Assembly (NCBI GenBank): GCA_951406725.2
Contig: OX597819.1
Coordinates: 54,374,001-54,438,000 of the forward strand
DNA: 64,000 bases
Direction of reading: 5' to 3'
Origin: Octopus vulgaris
Lineage: Eukaryota
Shown here: positions 26,945-39,390 of the stretch, piece after piece
Layout: the number at the start of each line of letters is the position of its first letter
How positions within the stretch are numbered: the first letter of the stretch is position 1
Position numbers and translations under genes: made by a program
The notes under the pieces: generated by a model
The model's input: the letters and a program-made list of their open reading frames with translations, nothing else
The model's database searches: none
What the model was told of the DNA's origin: nothing

Positions 26945-27489
26945 GATTGCTTCATCTTAACAGATGCTAGCCATCCTATCAATACACTTACTACACCCCA
27001 TCGCACAGCTCAATCATTCCGTTGATGAGCCCTCAAATGATTTTTAAGAGCAGTTGCTGACTGACAGGTTTTAAAACATAAGTGACTGGTATTATTCAAG
27101 TTTCTTCTACATTTTTGCCCTTTGGAATCTGATTCTGAAGAAATGTTTTTGTGAACTAGCATATGTCTTTTAAGTCTAGATATTGTCTTACAGGTTTTGT
27201 GACATATGACACAAGTCATAAGAGGTGGTTGGTGTTCAAAATTATTACCTACCTGGGCATTTCAATTTCCATGTGACTTCATGATTCACGTATCCTGCTT
27301 TCGACAACAGAACACGATCACACATAATACATATTCAATGTTCACTGTTGATTAAAGTTCTAATTGTTCCTTTGCAACAGGCCCCTTTAAGCTCTGAGTG
27401 CTGAATCCTCTTTTCCTCCCAGGCATTGCAACCAGTCCTAGCAGCACCTCTCCACTTGTTCTGTTCCAGAACTTCAGTTTCCCAATCAC
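26945..27489 (-). mobile_element. 5'-truncated RTE-like LINE 3' end with three C2H2 zinc fingers
   Basis: DWETEVLEQNKWRGAARTGCNAWEEKRIQHSELKGACCKG (RTE C-terminal WE....R..WR motif), then CIMC..NH[fs]KSH, CVIC..RHMLVH and SHLC..NHLRAH; stops and a frameshift are present. Confidence 0.8.
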
Positions 27490-28409
27490 TTTATATATAT
27501 ATCATCATTGTTTGTCTGCCTTCCATGCTGGCATGGGTACACATTTAATTTTTTATGTGAGTGTGTGTAAACATATATACAAACTCATGTACATTATATA
27601 TATATATGTATATATATATATATACACGCACACCATCATACACATGGCTGTGTGTTTGGAAAGTTCAGTACCCAACTATGTGGTTTCAGGTTCAGTCCCA
27701 CTGAGCACTCATCATTATTGTCATCATTTAACATCCATTTTCCATGTTGGCATGGATTGGATGGTTTGACAGGAGTTGGCAAGCTGAAGAGCTGCACTAG
27801 GCTCCACTTGTCTGTTTTGGCATGGCTTCTGCAGTTGGATGCCCTTCCTTAATACCTTTACAGAGTATACTAGATGCTTTTTGCGTGGCACCAGTACAGC
27901 TGCTACATGGCCCCTTTTTACATAGCACCTACAGTTGCCAAGTGGCTTGCAAGACAAAATCCTCTTAGCTGAGAGAGGAAGCAGAACTGAGAGAAGTGGG
28001 TGTGTGCCAGGCAAGAGGGTTAGAAATATCTGTCTTACTACAGAGGAGATACTTGGCTCCTCCTACGCCCCAACAAATGTCCTCCACTGCAACCCTGTGA
28101 GAAGATGTGGGTAGATGGAAATTGAAAGACACCTCTTATGTACATACATATATGCATGAATGTATGCGTGTATGTGGGGATATATATATATATATATATG
28201 TATGTATATCACCATTTCAAAAAGACTATCAAACATTATTACACATTACTGGTCATAATGTACTTCCTCACATTGTTTTTGGTTTCAAATGATACTACCC
28301 CACTGGTTATGCAGGCTGGCCTATATGTATAAAGGATCAAAGGTCATTCTTGAACCATAGGCTCATAAGATCAATTTCCTGAATTCCATGGTGTGTGTGT
28401 GTGTATATA

Positions 28410-28446
<37 letters not shown>

Positions 28447-30089
28447 TCCAGGAAGAGGTGCCAATCTGTCGCAGGATTATTCCATTTTTGCCAGCTGAGC
28501 TGACTGTAGCAGTGTGAAATGAAGTGTTATGTCCAAGAACACAATGCATCGCCCAATCCAGGAATCAAAACCACAATCATTAGTGCAACACCCTAACCAC
28601 TTAACCCTCCCCCTACACGCAAATACACACACAATCATCATCATCATTTAACATTCATTGTCCATGCTGGCATGGGCTGGACAGTTTGACCTAGGCTGGC
28701 AAGCTGCACCAGACTCCAGTCTGATTTGGCATGGTTTCTACTGCTGGATGCCCTTCCTAACACCAACCACTCCGAGAATGATATGTATGTATGTATATAT
28801 ATATATATATATACACACACATACACACAATGGGCTTCTTTCAGTTTCTGTCTATCAAATCCACTCACAAGGCTTTGGTTGGCATATGAGAAAGTACTCA
28901 ATGCATATACTTTTTTAGGAGTCATTTAGGTATTCATTCTATTGATATTCAGTTTCATGTCATGTGTGCTCAATGATGTTACTTAAAATACCTGAATTGT
29001 GTGGCATTAAACTCTAAGTAACAATGAAGTGTATTATCAACTGATTTCCTTCCAACTTCTGTGTATCTGTCTAGTTCTTTGAATACATGATAAATATATG
29101 ATACTTTTTCCTTTTCATCATCTGTTCACTTACAATGCTTCTTTTGTTGTTAGTAATTATTGCTGCTAATTTTAATGCTATCAGCAATATAGTACTCACT
29201 TATTAATTCAGCAAGGGATGTTTGCATTAATTTTGGCTTAAATAATATTTATTGTTGCAGTAAATCCTGTAATAATTTTTCTTATTCTTCATGAATGAAC
29301 TGTAAAGCTATAATTAAGTTACAAGTTGTACTGTGACAGTTTCCAAATATAATTAAACTACAATCATATTGGAAATACAAGGAAAATGATTTATCTAATT
29401 AGCAGAGAAACATTCCACTAATTATTGGCAACTTCTTAAGCTCCCTTCATTAATACTTTATATTACTGCTACCAATATTTAAATATGACCTTTGAAGGGA
29501 CTTAAATTATTTAAAAATCATCTATGTGATGATTATGTGTGTATGTAGTTGAAAACATATAGAATGATTAGAACAGTAAAAAGATCACAAATATTTGAAT
29601 ATAATTGTAAAGAACAACAATATTATGTTCTTTTTCATCAGAAAGTAAGCAAGTATAAGAGACAACTCCAGACATGTTTTGCCTCTTGCTGAATGTTTAT
29701 CAGCAAAAGTGTAACCTCTCTGTAACTTGCCAAAGGGAGTTGCTAAGTGAAACTAGTAAATATTAGATTTATTGAATAGAAATACAGACCAAATTAAATT
29801 TTATCTGAACTATGGTCTAATTATTACAGTGGTTATGTCTTAGACAATTGAATTTATTAGTATTTCTCTTTAAATCAATATATGACCGTAGTTTAATGAA
29901 TGAAACCTGTAAAAACAATATTTATTTTCCTGTTTACTTTGTGACTTGTTACCACTTTCAACAAGTTATGGTCTTGCTACACTTCCTCTGAGAATGTTTT
30001 TGTAAGAGGTAAAATATGTCCAGTTGTCTCCTGTTTGTGCCAATGAAAAATGAAGTCCTCAACTAATGTTAAATTTCTTTTACTATATA

Positions 30090-30327
30090 CAGGGTTGGCC
30101 AAAAGTCACCCGACAGTAAATCAAAATTCCATAAATACTTAATATTCAATTTTATTTATTTGTTCCAATTATGAATGTTTAATAATTGAATGCTGTGAGT
30201 TAAGGTCACTGTTCTTTTTTCAGCATTTGTCTATTTATTAGCAAAGTCTAATATAAAATGATTTTTTGTTTTGATTTTAGAATGAAATGGTTTTCATTTA
30301 GTGTCAGGTGACTTTTGACTAACCCTG
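30090..30327. mobile_element. Tc1/mariner-type MITE, 238 bp
   Basis: 26-bp TIRs CAGGGTTGGCCAAAAGTCACCCGACA / TGTCAGGTGACTTTTGACTAACCCTG (23/26 match), with TA on both flanks. Confidence 0.9.
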
Positions 30328-30891
30328 TATACATATAATGAACACGTAATAAGCACCATTCAAGTGTGGGTTGATGCCAAGTGCCACCTGAGTGGTTCCT
30401 CATGCTGGTGGCACGTAAAAAGCACCATCCGAACATGGTCAATGCCAGTGCCACCTGACTGGCTCCCATGCAAGTGGCACATAAAAAGCACCCACTACAC
30501 TCTTGAAGTGGTTGGTGTTAGGAAGGGCATCCAGCTGTAGAAACCTTGCCAGATCAGATTGGCTTGCCAGTACCCAGTCAAACCGTCCAACCCATGCCAG
30601 CATGGTAAACAGATGTTAAATGGTGAAAAAAAAAATATATATATAAAAGATACAGGGAGTTTTCATCAGGGTGACTCAAGCTAATAGATATGCACTCTGA
30701 GGCTCAACTTGGTAGGCCACTATTTTTCTTTCTTTTTTATTTATTTGTTTCAGTCATTTGACTGCAGCCATGCTGGAGCACCGCCTTCAGTCGAACAAAT
30801 CAACCTAAGGACTTATTCTTTGTAAGCTTAATACTTATTCGGTCTCTTTTGCTGAACCACTAAGTTACAGGGACGTAAACACACACACACG

Positions 30892-30935
<44 letters not shown>

Positions 30936-32144
30936 TACATCTTGAAACAGTGTTTTAACTATGACAGCTGTATCACTGAATCCTTAATACAATTATGTGC
31001 TAACCAATATTCCTTAGACTATTATCTCATTTTTCTGATTCTATTAGCTTATTCATGTATTCTGTTTTGTTTTTGTAGGATTTGCTTTCTTTACCAAAAT
31101 AGCTTCATAATTGCTGAAAAATGTTGACATTTCAAATTGTTTATATTTGCTTTGCTTTTGTTTTCTTGTTTCCAACAATATTGGAAAGAAAAAAATATAA
31201 TTGTTGTTGATTTTTAGTTATTTTTTATTTTATTTATTGTTCTGTCTAATTTTTGGCAGTAGTATTTAAAGTGCAACTTAGAAAGCCATAAACATTCCAA
31301 GATAAGTTTGCCTGCCTGCAGACTAGAATATGATAGGGTTTTACCGATATGTGAAGGCGAGAGAGAGAGAGTATGTGTGTGTGAGTTTGATAATGATGAT
31401 TGGGAGTATAGTAGTTGGATATTTTTTAATGATGATCATGCCAAATTGTTTCAGTATTATTGATTAAAATGTTAATAAAAATACTATATATTTGGAAAAA
31501 TATTATATTTTCTTAGCTAAAGAAATATAGTGTCAAAACTTTTTTTAAATGTTTGAAAATGACAAGTATGATACCAATCTTGATTTAATTTCTATGGGGA
31601 GCTGTTGAAAGTATGCAAATTTAATTATTTGCTGAGCTATAAATTTCTTTTAGTTTATAAAGGAAAATATACACTCTGCCTAAGAAATAGAATGAACATT
31701 GATGTTAGAATATTCTACTAAATCAGTGTTTCCTACTTTCAGCTTTAAATTTGCTTCTATAAGTAGAAATATCTCTGTGCTAAACATTTTTTGGCATGGC
31801 TATAAGTGTGAAATTGTTTCTTGATCAGGGGATTTAGAGTTTAGATTTGTTCAATTAATTTAATAATGCATATCGTTCATGTACCTACTTATGTATGTTT
31901 AATTATCTGAATTTATTTTCACAAGTGTGAAACACAAGTGTGTGCCAATACATATGCACACACACAAAGACATACTTACTGATATACTATCAATTTTGCC
32001 AGTACAAAGTATATTCAGTGCCTGTTAGAGTAAATATAATTATTATTGCTAAAATTAGCTACTTTTCATAGTCAACTTTAACAATTATAATTATACTTAC
32101 TGATATATATATATACATATATATGTGTGTGTGTGATATATATG

Positions 32145-32330
32145 TGTGACCATGCGCGTACTGTTGGCGAGTTTTTTCCTCCGTCTTCCCTTCTTTGGAT
32201 CTTTCCTTTTTCTATATTTCTGACAAAGAGCTCCGCTCGAAACATTAAACCCTCCTTCTTTCCTGAGCATCCAATAATACTATACTTGTTCCACATCCTC
32301 GCGTTGTTGTGTTTTCATGTTTGGATTAAC
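32145..32330 (+). mobile_element. Penelope-like terminal-repeat fragment inserted in a (TA)n tract
   Basis: CpG-containing segment between (TA)n runs that carries a minimal hammerhead-like motif at 32217-32250. Confidence 0.5.
32217..32250 (+). ncRNA. Decayed minimal type I hammerhead ribozyme motif
   Basis: TTT-CTGACAA-A-GAGC-TCC-GCTC-GAAAC-ATT-AAA. Two G>A changes at CpG positions separate it from CUGACGA...GAAAC GUU; stem II GAGC/GCTC is intact. Confidence 0.6.
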
Positions 32331-32360
32331 TATATATATATATATATATACATACATAAA

Positions 32361-32696
32361 TAGAGTTAAATGTAGTTATTACTCAAATCTTTATACTTCC
32401 AACATATATTTCAAAGAAAACATTAGTATTATTCCAGAAGGAATAAAATGATGTAAAACAATGTAATCTTCTCATCAGGGAAAAAAAGAGACAAAATGCA
32501 TCAATAAGACATTTTAACCAAATATGATTATTGCATATATGATGAAAGGAATGCTGGTATATTTCTCTTTTTTTCCCTCTGCTGTGAAGATTGCATTGTT
32601 CTACATCATTTTATTCCTTCTGGAATAATACCAATGTTTTCTTCAAAACATATGTTGGAAGTATAAAGATTTGAATAACACCTGCATTTATCACCA
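32361..32696. mobile_element. Fold-back MITE with ~130-bp terminal inverted repeats
   Basis: CAAATCTTTATACTTCCAACATAT...TATTATTCCAGAAGGAATAAAATGATGTA is mirrored by TACATCATTTTATTCCTTCTGGAATAATA...ATATGTTGGAAGTATAAAGATTTG; TAG-like terminus. Confidence 0.85.
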
Positions 32697-33070
32697 TTTA
32701 TTTATTTATCTATGTAATACAAAAACATTTCACCAAAACCTAGAATTTCTACCTTTATAAGTAGGCTGTTATATCCTTGGTACTTGTGTGAATTTTTGCT
32801 ACCCTTCTAACTTTTTTTTTTTTTTCCATGTTATTTGTAAAGATTGAAAAAATACATACATTTATATATATATATATATATATATTATTTACACATATAT
32901 ACATAACATATGTATTTGTGCATAACCCAATTCCTTCACAATATTCTGGAATTACACTGCTAAATTAATATTCTGAAACACATGATGTGCATGCACATTC
33001 TCTTTTCTCTCCAAAATTAAGGTATCCCAAATTAAATAATGATAATAATATTCTGTATATCATGATTATC

Positions 33071-33232
33071 ATACAGTTGAAAGCCTTGAAACTGTGATAT
33101 TTGTCTTGAGAAAGCATCTCATTTAGATATATAGTATCAAAAACACAGAAATGTATCAGCAGCAGACTAAAAATGCCTACACAAAATGCTTTCTCAAGAA
33201 GAATACCATAGTTTCGAGGTTTTCAGCAGCAT
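33071..33232. repeat. Short fold-back element
   Basis: GTTGAAAGCCTTGAAACTGTGATATTTGTCTTGAGAAAGCAT pairs with ATGCTTTCTCAAGAAGAATACCATAGTTTCGAGGTTTTCAGC. Confidence 0.8.
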
Positions 33233-33323
33233 ATCTATTTTAAGTATGATAAACAAAATGCTATACTGATCTAATAGTGTTCTTGTTACTAATAATGAAT
33301 AACAATAGTAATAATGATAATAA

Positions 33324-33757
33324 AGGTTTCAAATTTTGGCACAAGGCCACCACTTTTGGAGGAGTGGGTAAGTTGATTACATCAACCCCAGTGTTCAACT
33401 GGCATTTAATTTTATTGACCCTGAAAGGATGAAAGGCAGAATTTGAACTCAGAATGTAAAGATGGACTAAATGCTACTAAGCATTTTACCCAGCATGTTA
33501 ATGACTGTCAGTTTGCTACTTTAATAATGATAATAATAATAATGGTTTCAGATTTTGCCACAAGGACAGCAATTTCAAGGGAGGGGATGAGTTGATTACA
33601 TCTACCCCAGTGTTCAACTGGTACTTATTTTATCGACCCTGAAAAGATGAACAGCAAAGTCAACCTTGGTGGAATTCAAACTTAGAATGTAAAGACAGAT
33701 GAAATGCTGCCAAGCATTTTGCCCAGCATGCTAACGATTCTGCCAGCTTGCCACCTT
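33324..33757 (-). mobile_element. Two tandem copies of the same MetaSINE-like family
   Basis: Reverse complement of the 1791 family (GAAAGGATGAAAGGCA, TTTGAACTCAGAATGTAAAGA), separated and flanked by (AAT)n. Confidence 0.85.
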
Positions 33758-36725
33758 AATAATAATAACAATAATAATAATAATAATGATAATTGTGTGT
33801 GCCAAATGCTAGAAGTGTCAGAGAATATGGCAGCAAAACTGAATTTAAAAAAAAATATTCTATTCATAACCAAGTACAGAAATTTGGTAGTTAAAATTTC
33901 GGAGCTGAATATGTATGTATGGTGATATGAGGAACATCCACTTGCTGTTTTTCAGTTCAGTCTTTATCTGGGAAGATAGCATGTGTGGATTATTGTGTTA
34001 GTGTATGGTGCTTTGTTAGAAGATGTAAATGCATATGCATAATAGGATGCAACTGATGTTTTTAACCATATGTCTGAGAATCTGTTGATAACATTGGCTT
34101 TACTTGAAAATAATATTCATTGAATTTCATGCAACATTTTGTGTGTGTGCGTGAAAGAGAGATAGAGATTTACAGATAGATCTGTGTGTATGCTTGCAGT
34201 TTTACAGGATCAAATATAATTAAAACAAGGCCATCAGTAACTTTTGCATATACATTATCACCATCATTTTAACATCCAATTTTCCTTGCTTGCATGGGTC
34301 AGACAGAATTTGAGGTTGGTTTTTTACTGTTAGATATGCTTCCTGTCACTAACCTTCACCTGTTTTCATGTAAGGTAATATTTTCCCATGATCAGACATG
34401 TTTTCATAAGAGACTGGAAATGAAGGACACTGCCTTATGACAGTGACATATTACATAGTGTCAAAACAAGGAGACACTAACTCTCTCTCACACACACAGA
34501 CACAAATATATATACAATGGGTTTCTTTCAGTTTCCATTGACCAAATTCACTCACAAGGCTTTGGTTGGTGTGAAACTATACTTGAAGACACTTGCCCAA
34601 GGTGCTACACAGTTGGATTTAGAAGCAAGAATTTTATCCACACAGCTATGTCTGCACCTATATATATGTGTGTATGTGTATCATTAAGATAAGGTTCTTC
34701 TTGTTGCTACGAGTTGTTTTAACTATTACTTCTAGCAATACTGGTGCTGACTAGTGCCCTCAGTCACTGACATATATATTTCTGCCTTTCGGTTATATAT
34801 GCACTCTCACATTTAGTTGGGGTGTATATGTTCTATATATGTATTTGTTTGTATGCCTATGGCTCTGTATATTAATGACCATATCTGTAATTTGATTTAG
34901 TTTAAAAGTGTTTTTGTGCATGCATATGGGCTCTGTATATGTAGGGGTATCTATCCATCTGTCTTGTAATACATTGCTGAATGTTTGATTACAATAGGAG
35001 TATATTTTTCAAAGCTCTCTAGGTTGTCATAGGCTATAGTTTCAAACATTCTATGTTTTAATTTATCTTGTATACATTTATACATCCTATACCATCATAG
35101 AGCTCTTGAATAAACAACGTGCATGTAATTTAACTTGTGCCCAATTCCTTGCAGTAATTGACAAGTTGTAAAAATGATGTGAAGATAATGAAATATCAAC
35201 CTATTCATATAAGTTTCCAAATAGTAATGAAAAAATTGCAATTGCCTATTGCCTAAACTATAATGTAGTTCAGTATTAACTGAGGGATGATGTGGGATTG
35301 ATTCTTAGGTGTTGATAACTGGTTTTTTTTTTGTTTGTTTTTTTGTATTCCATTTAATCTATGTATGTTCTCTTGTGATATACATCTATTCATTAACGAA
35401 GATGAGCACATCAATACATTATTTCTGATTGATTTTTTAGAAAACTCGAATCAAATATATTTTACTATCTAGTTGAAAGCCTATTTAAAAAGTCTTAAAT
35501 AAGTACTGAAAGGGAAAACGGCAAGTAATATGTTTGATTTGTAATGTAAGGTCCACCATTAGAAGTATCTAGAACACTGTTTGCTAGTTAAGTTTATTTC
35601 TAATTATTTCAATTTTTTTTTTTGTTTGTTTCTAATTGATATTTTTATTAACTGAGGAAAAGCATTTGATAAAGTATATTGTGAAAATACAAAAATCATT
35701 TTTTAGACTGTATTAAAAAGTACAGTTAACTTGAAAGCTTGAGTACAATGAGAATACCCGGCTAATTGGGGTTTTCTACCAATTGGACACCAACATAAAA
35801 CCTGTTTCCCAGGTAATAATAATAATGAAATTATTGCATACAGTGCTCAGGTGCACCACAATAATCTCGTTGGACTCCAACTTTTTTCTCTTTTTAAAAG
35901 TAAAAAGAAGAAAAGAACAACAAAAATTCAATCCTGCAACATGGTTATTTTGTTGACATATCAATGATTATGGTTACGAATGTCATCGATATATTTAGAG
36001 TCAGTATCATTTTCTTTTACTGATCATAAGAGATACAAGATAGATTATAGATAAAATAGCATTTCAATTATGAAATATTGCTATGAAGTAAGGGATCCCT
36101 TTCATTAGACCAGCAAAAAATAAATATATAAGTAAATAAAACGCCATTAATATCTATAAATGGGGAGCAGATTGAGACTATAAATATATATTGATTTTTC
36201 AGTTTGTATAATTTGGTTTACTTTGTGATTTGCAAATATTAAACCAGACAAACCAAAGTATTACTAAATGATATTATTAGGCAAATTTTTTATCCAATCT
36301 TCTGAACAGAAATCTGGATGTTTTCCCTTAGGAGTATTAATATAAAACTAGTGATAACTGTTATTGTGTAATATTGGTTTCAAATTTCAGTAATTTATCT
36401 CATTTAAAAGAACAGTGAAAATGCAAATTGGTTTTTAAAAAAATTTAGAAACATAGCTTTGAGGGTTTTTTAATCATTTTAATTTAAATTTCTATTGAAA
36501 AATGCAAGGCAAAATTTTATTGAAGAGTGGTATGGTTGATTGAACTGATTCCATAGGATTTTAAAACTTATTTTAATGACCTCTGATAGATGAAAGGCAA
36601 AATTAACCCTTGAACTTGGAGAAATTAAAGTAGTATTTAGTCTGTATTTCCCCTTTTTTGACAACTCTACCATCCTTGATTTAATTAGTAATATTATCCT
36701 TGCTATAGCATAGATAAAAAATACA

Positions 36726-37025
36726 AGATGTCTCATGGACTAGTGGTTTGAGTGTTGCACTCATGATTGTGAGATCATGGTTTCAATTCCTATACTAGGT
36801 GGTGCCTTGTGTTCCTGAGCAAAACACTTCATCTCATTGCTCTGTGATCACTTCAACACGTGATGCTTAGCACACTGTGAACCTGTTTAGGCACCATCAG
36901 TTTGCTGGAGGGAGTGAGCTCATATACAGCACATACGTTTGATTACTATAAACAAATCATTTGTGCAGGTTGTTCAACAAAAGCTGAACACTCATCTGTG
37001 CCTTTGGCAGGTGGGTCCATCATAG
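36726..37025 (+). mobile_element. tRNA-derived SINE (further family)
   Basis: A-box-like TGGACTAGTGG, B-box-like GGTTTCAATTCC, then TTGTGTTCCTGAGCAAAACACTTCAT. Related heads on the minus strand near 26330-26375 and 28500-28610. Confidence 0.7.
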
Positions 37026-38745
37026 CATAAACAGTTCCCAACCTTAGACCAGTAGACTCCTTGGGTTTTGTGAACTGCGTTCAAAGTTTTAAAAGACTGC
37101 AGGTAATAGGTCTACCTACTCAGTTACATATATTTTTCAGTTGAGAAATGAAACTAGAAAAGTGAGTTTGATTTCATTATTAAAACCAGCTTGTTTAGTA
37201 GAAAGACCTTTCAAAAGCATGGGGACTATGGGGAAATTTAACTTGAATAAAAGGGGCAAATACATAGCTAGAGAATAAACAGCAAAAAAAGTATAAATCA
37301 CTTCCTGCATTATTATACACTTTTGAAAATATTGATGATAAGGAAAAAAAAAATAATGTAATTAACAAGTTATGCAAACCCTTTCTTTTAACCCTCATAT
37401 ATCATAATTGATAACTGAAAAATATTATGTCATGTTAATTAAAAAGTAGGTAAGTTTTAAAATTGTTTGCTATAATTTTTTTTTCTCAGACTGTCAGGGT
37501 TTCTGTAATTTATATATCAATACATATATCAACACATTTTCTAACACCTATCCCATTTCCCCCTCTTCTAACTACTACACAACCCATTCAAGTGCTGTAA
37601 ATGATATCCTTTATCCACCTACACTTCACATTGTCTCCCTGTTACTTAGTCCTTATCATTTCTTCCTCTACCCCTCTGATCCACTCCTATTTCTTTCATT
37701 TTCCCCATACTGATATTCATTATTGACCATGCCTTCACCCATGTGTCCTAATTCACTGCATCCATCTCAATACCCATCTCTAACAACCTTTCACACTCCT
37801 ATCATACTCTCAAACTTACCTACCCACCCCTCTTTCTGTTCCTCTATTCTATTCTCTTGTATTCACCTTATACCTTGAAAGTATGCCATCACCATCTCTC
37901 TCTCTCTCTCTCTCTCTCCACACACCCCTAGTCCCCCCCCTGTTATATATTCCTTCTTCAGCAAGACACCTCTTCCTGTTTCCCTATTATATTTTTTCCT
38001 CCCTCAAAACTACACACCTGCTCATTTGAGGGATCATCCTGCAAGTATTTGGTGACCTCACTACTATCAGTGCCATGTAAAAAGCATCCAGTACACTGAG
38101 TAAAGTAACCATTCCAAAGCAGGCAGTGGGGCTCAGCACAATCCTCTTGTTCATTGGTTCCTGTTGAACTGTCCACTCCATGCAAGCATGGAAAATGGAC
38201 ATTAAAAAAAATGATGATGATGATATAAAACACTTTTAAATTGGTAGAGATCATTGGTATAATGTTGTGGTGAGAAAATGCTGACTTTGATGCCAGGTGA
38301 AAGATTGGATATAATATGAGATGTTTTATTTACCAGAAAGTAGCTTTTTCTTCAATGAAGTCTAATATACGTAACCCACTATTTTAGAATATACAAACAT
38401 CATAATGTATCATCAATACATTAGTGGGAAAGAAGGAAAAAAAGAAAATGAAAAGCAAACAAACCATAATTGCTGAGGAATAAAATAGTGAAGCAGGCCA
38501 GTTTTATTGGCATAATTTTCACTATCTTACAAATGAGACAATTTCTGTAGAATTGGTGATTTCCATGTGGTCATGTGAATTTTGAACGTAACAGTGATAA
38601 AACTCAGTCTATCCCCAAGGCATCAATAGACTAGTATATGGCTCCAATAAATCTATAGAAATTGCATTTTTATATTGGCTTTATTTTAATAATTACTTTA
38701 ATTAGTAATCATTTCAACTGTTAATTTATTCATTCTGCTTCAACT

Positions 38746-38775
38746 ACACCCAAAGGTTATATAACCTTTGGGTGT
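38746..38775. repeat. Perfect 30-bp spacerless palindrome
   Basis: ACACCCAAAGGTTAT|ATAACCTTTGGGTGT. Confidence 0.95.
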
Positions 38776-38871
38776 TTTTTTTTCCTAACATTGAAATAAT
38801 TCAAAAGTAAAATGTAAAAATAAAACGGAAACATCAAAATTGTACTTAATTTCTACTTATACACTATATAC

Positions 38872-38902
<31 letters not shown>

Positions 38903-39074
38903 TCATGCGCACACTATTATTATTACTAATACTACTACTACTACAAGAATGTAGACTTAAAATTAATTTTACTTCTATTTCAGTAATGTATGAGAAAATA
39001 ACACAAAAGCATAGGAGTCATGATTGTTCAGTCTTGTATCAATCTTCTTAGTTAATATAAGGATGTATTATATT

Positions 39075-39390
39075 CGTCGTTTAATGTCCACTTTCCATGC
39101 TGGCATGGGTTGGATGTTTTGACTGAGGGCTGGCAAGCCAGGAGGCTGCACCAGGCTCCAATCTGATCTGGCAAAGTTTCTACAGCTGGATGCCCTTCCT
39201 AATGCCAACCACTCCGAGAGTGTAGTGGGTGTTTTTTATGTGCCTCCGGCACAAGGGCCAGTCAGGTGGTACTGGCATTGACCATGCTCAAATGGTGCTG
39301 TTTTACGTACCTCTAGCACTGGACCAGTCAGCCAACATTGACATTAACCACGCTTGAATGGTGCTTTTTACATGCTACTGGTTTGGGAGC
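39075..39390 (-). mobile_element. SINE/LINE-tail repeat family with GGATGCCCTTCCT motif and (GAT)n tail
   Basis: TTTAATGTCCACTTTCCATGCTGGCATGGGTTGGA...CTGGATGCCCTTCCTAATGCCAACCACTCCGAGAG. Same-orientation copies near 5715, 14235, 27720, 28640, 41455 and 59775; opposite orientation at 30345-30625, 38030-38225 and 56215-56445. Confidence 0.8.

Noticed and set aside
30345-30500. Short spaced repeats (GCAC.TAAAAAGCACC) resembling a CRISPR-like array; also 39240-39390 and 56215-56340
   Set aside because: Internal subrepeats of a dispersed SINE family in eukaryotic DNA; the spacers are related to each other and there are no cas genes.
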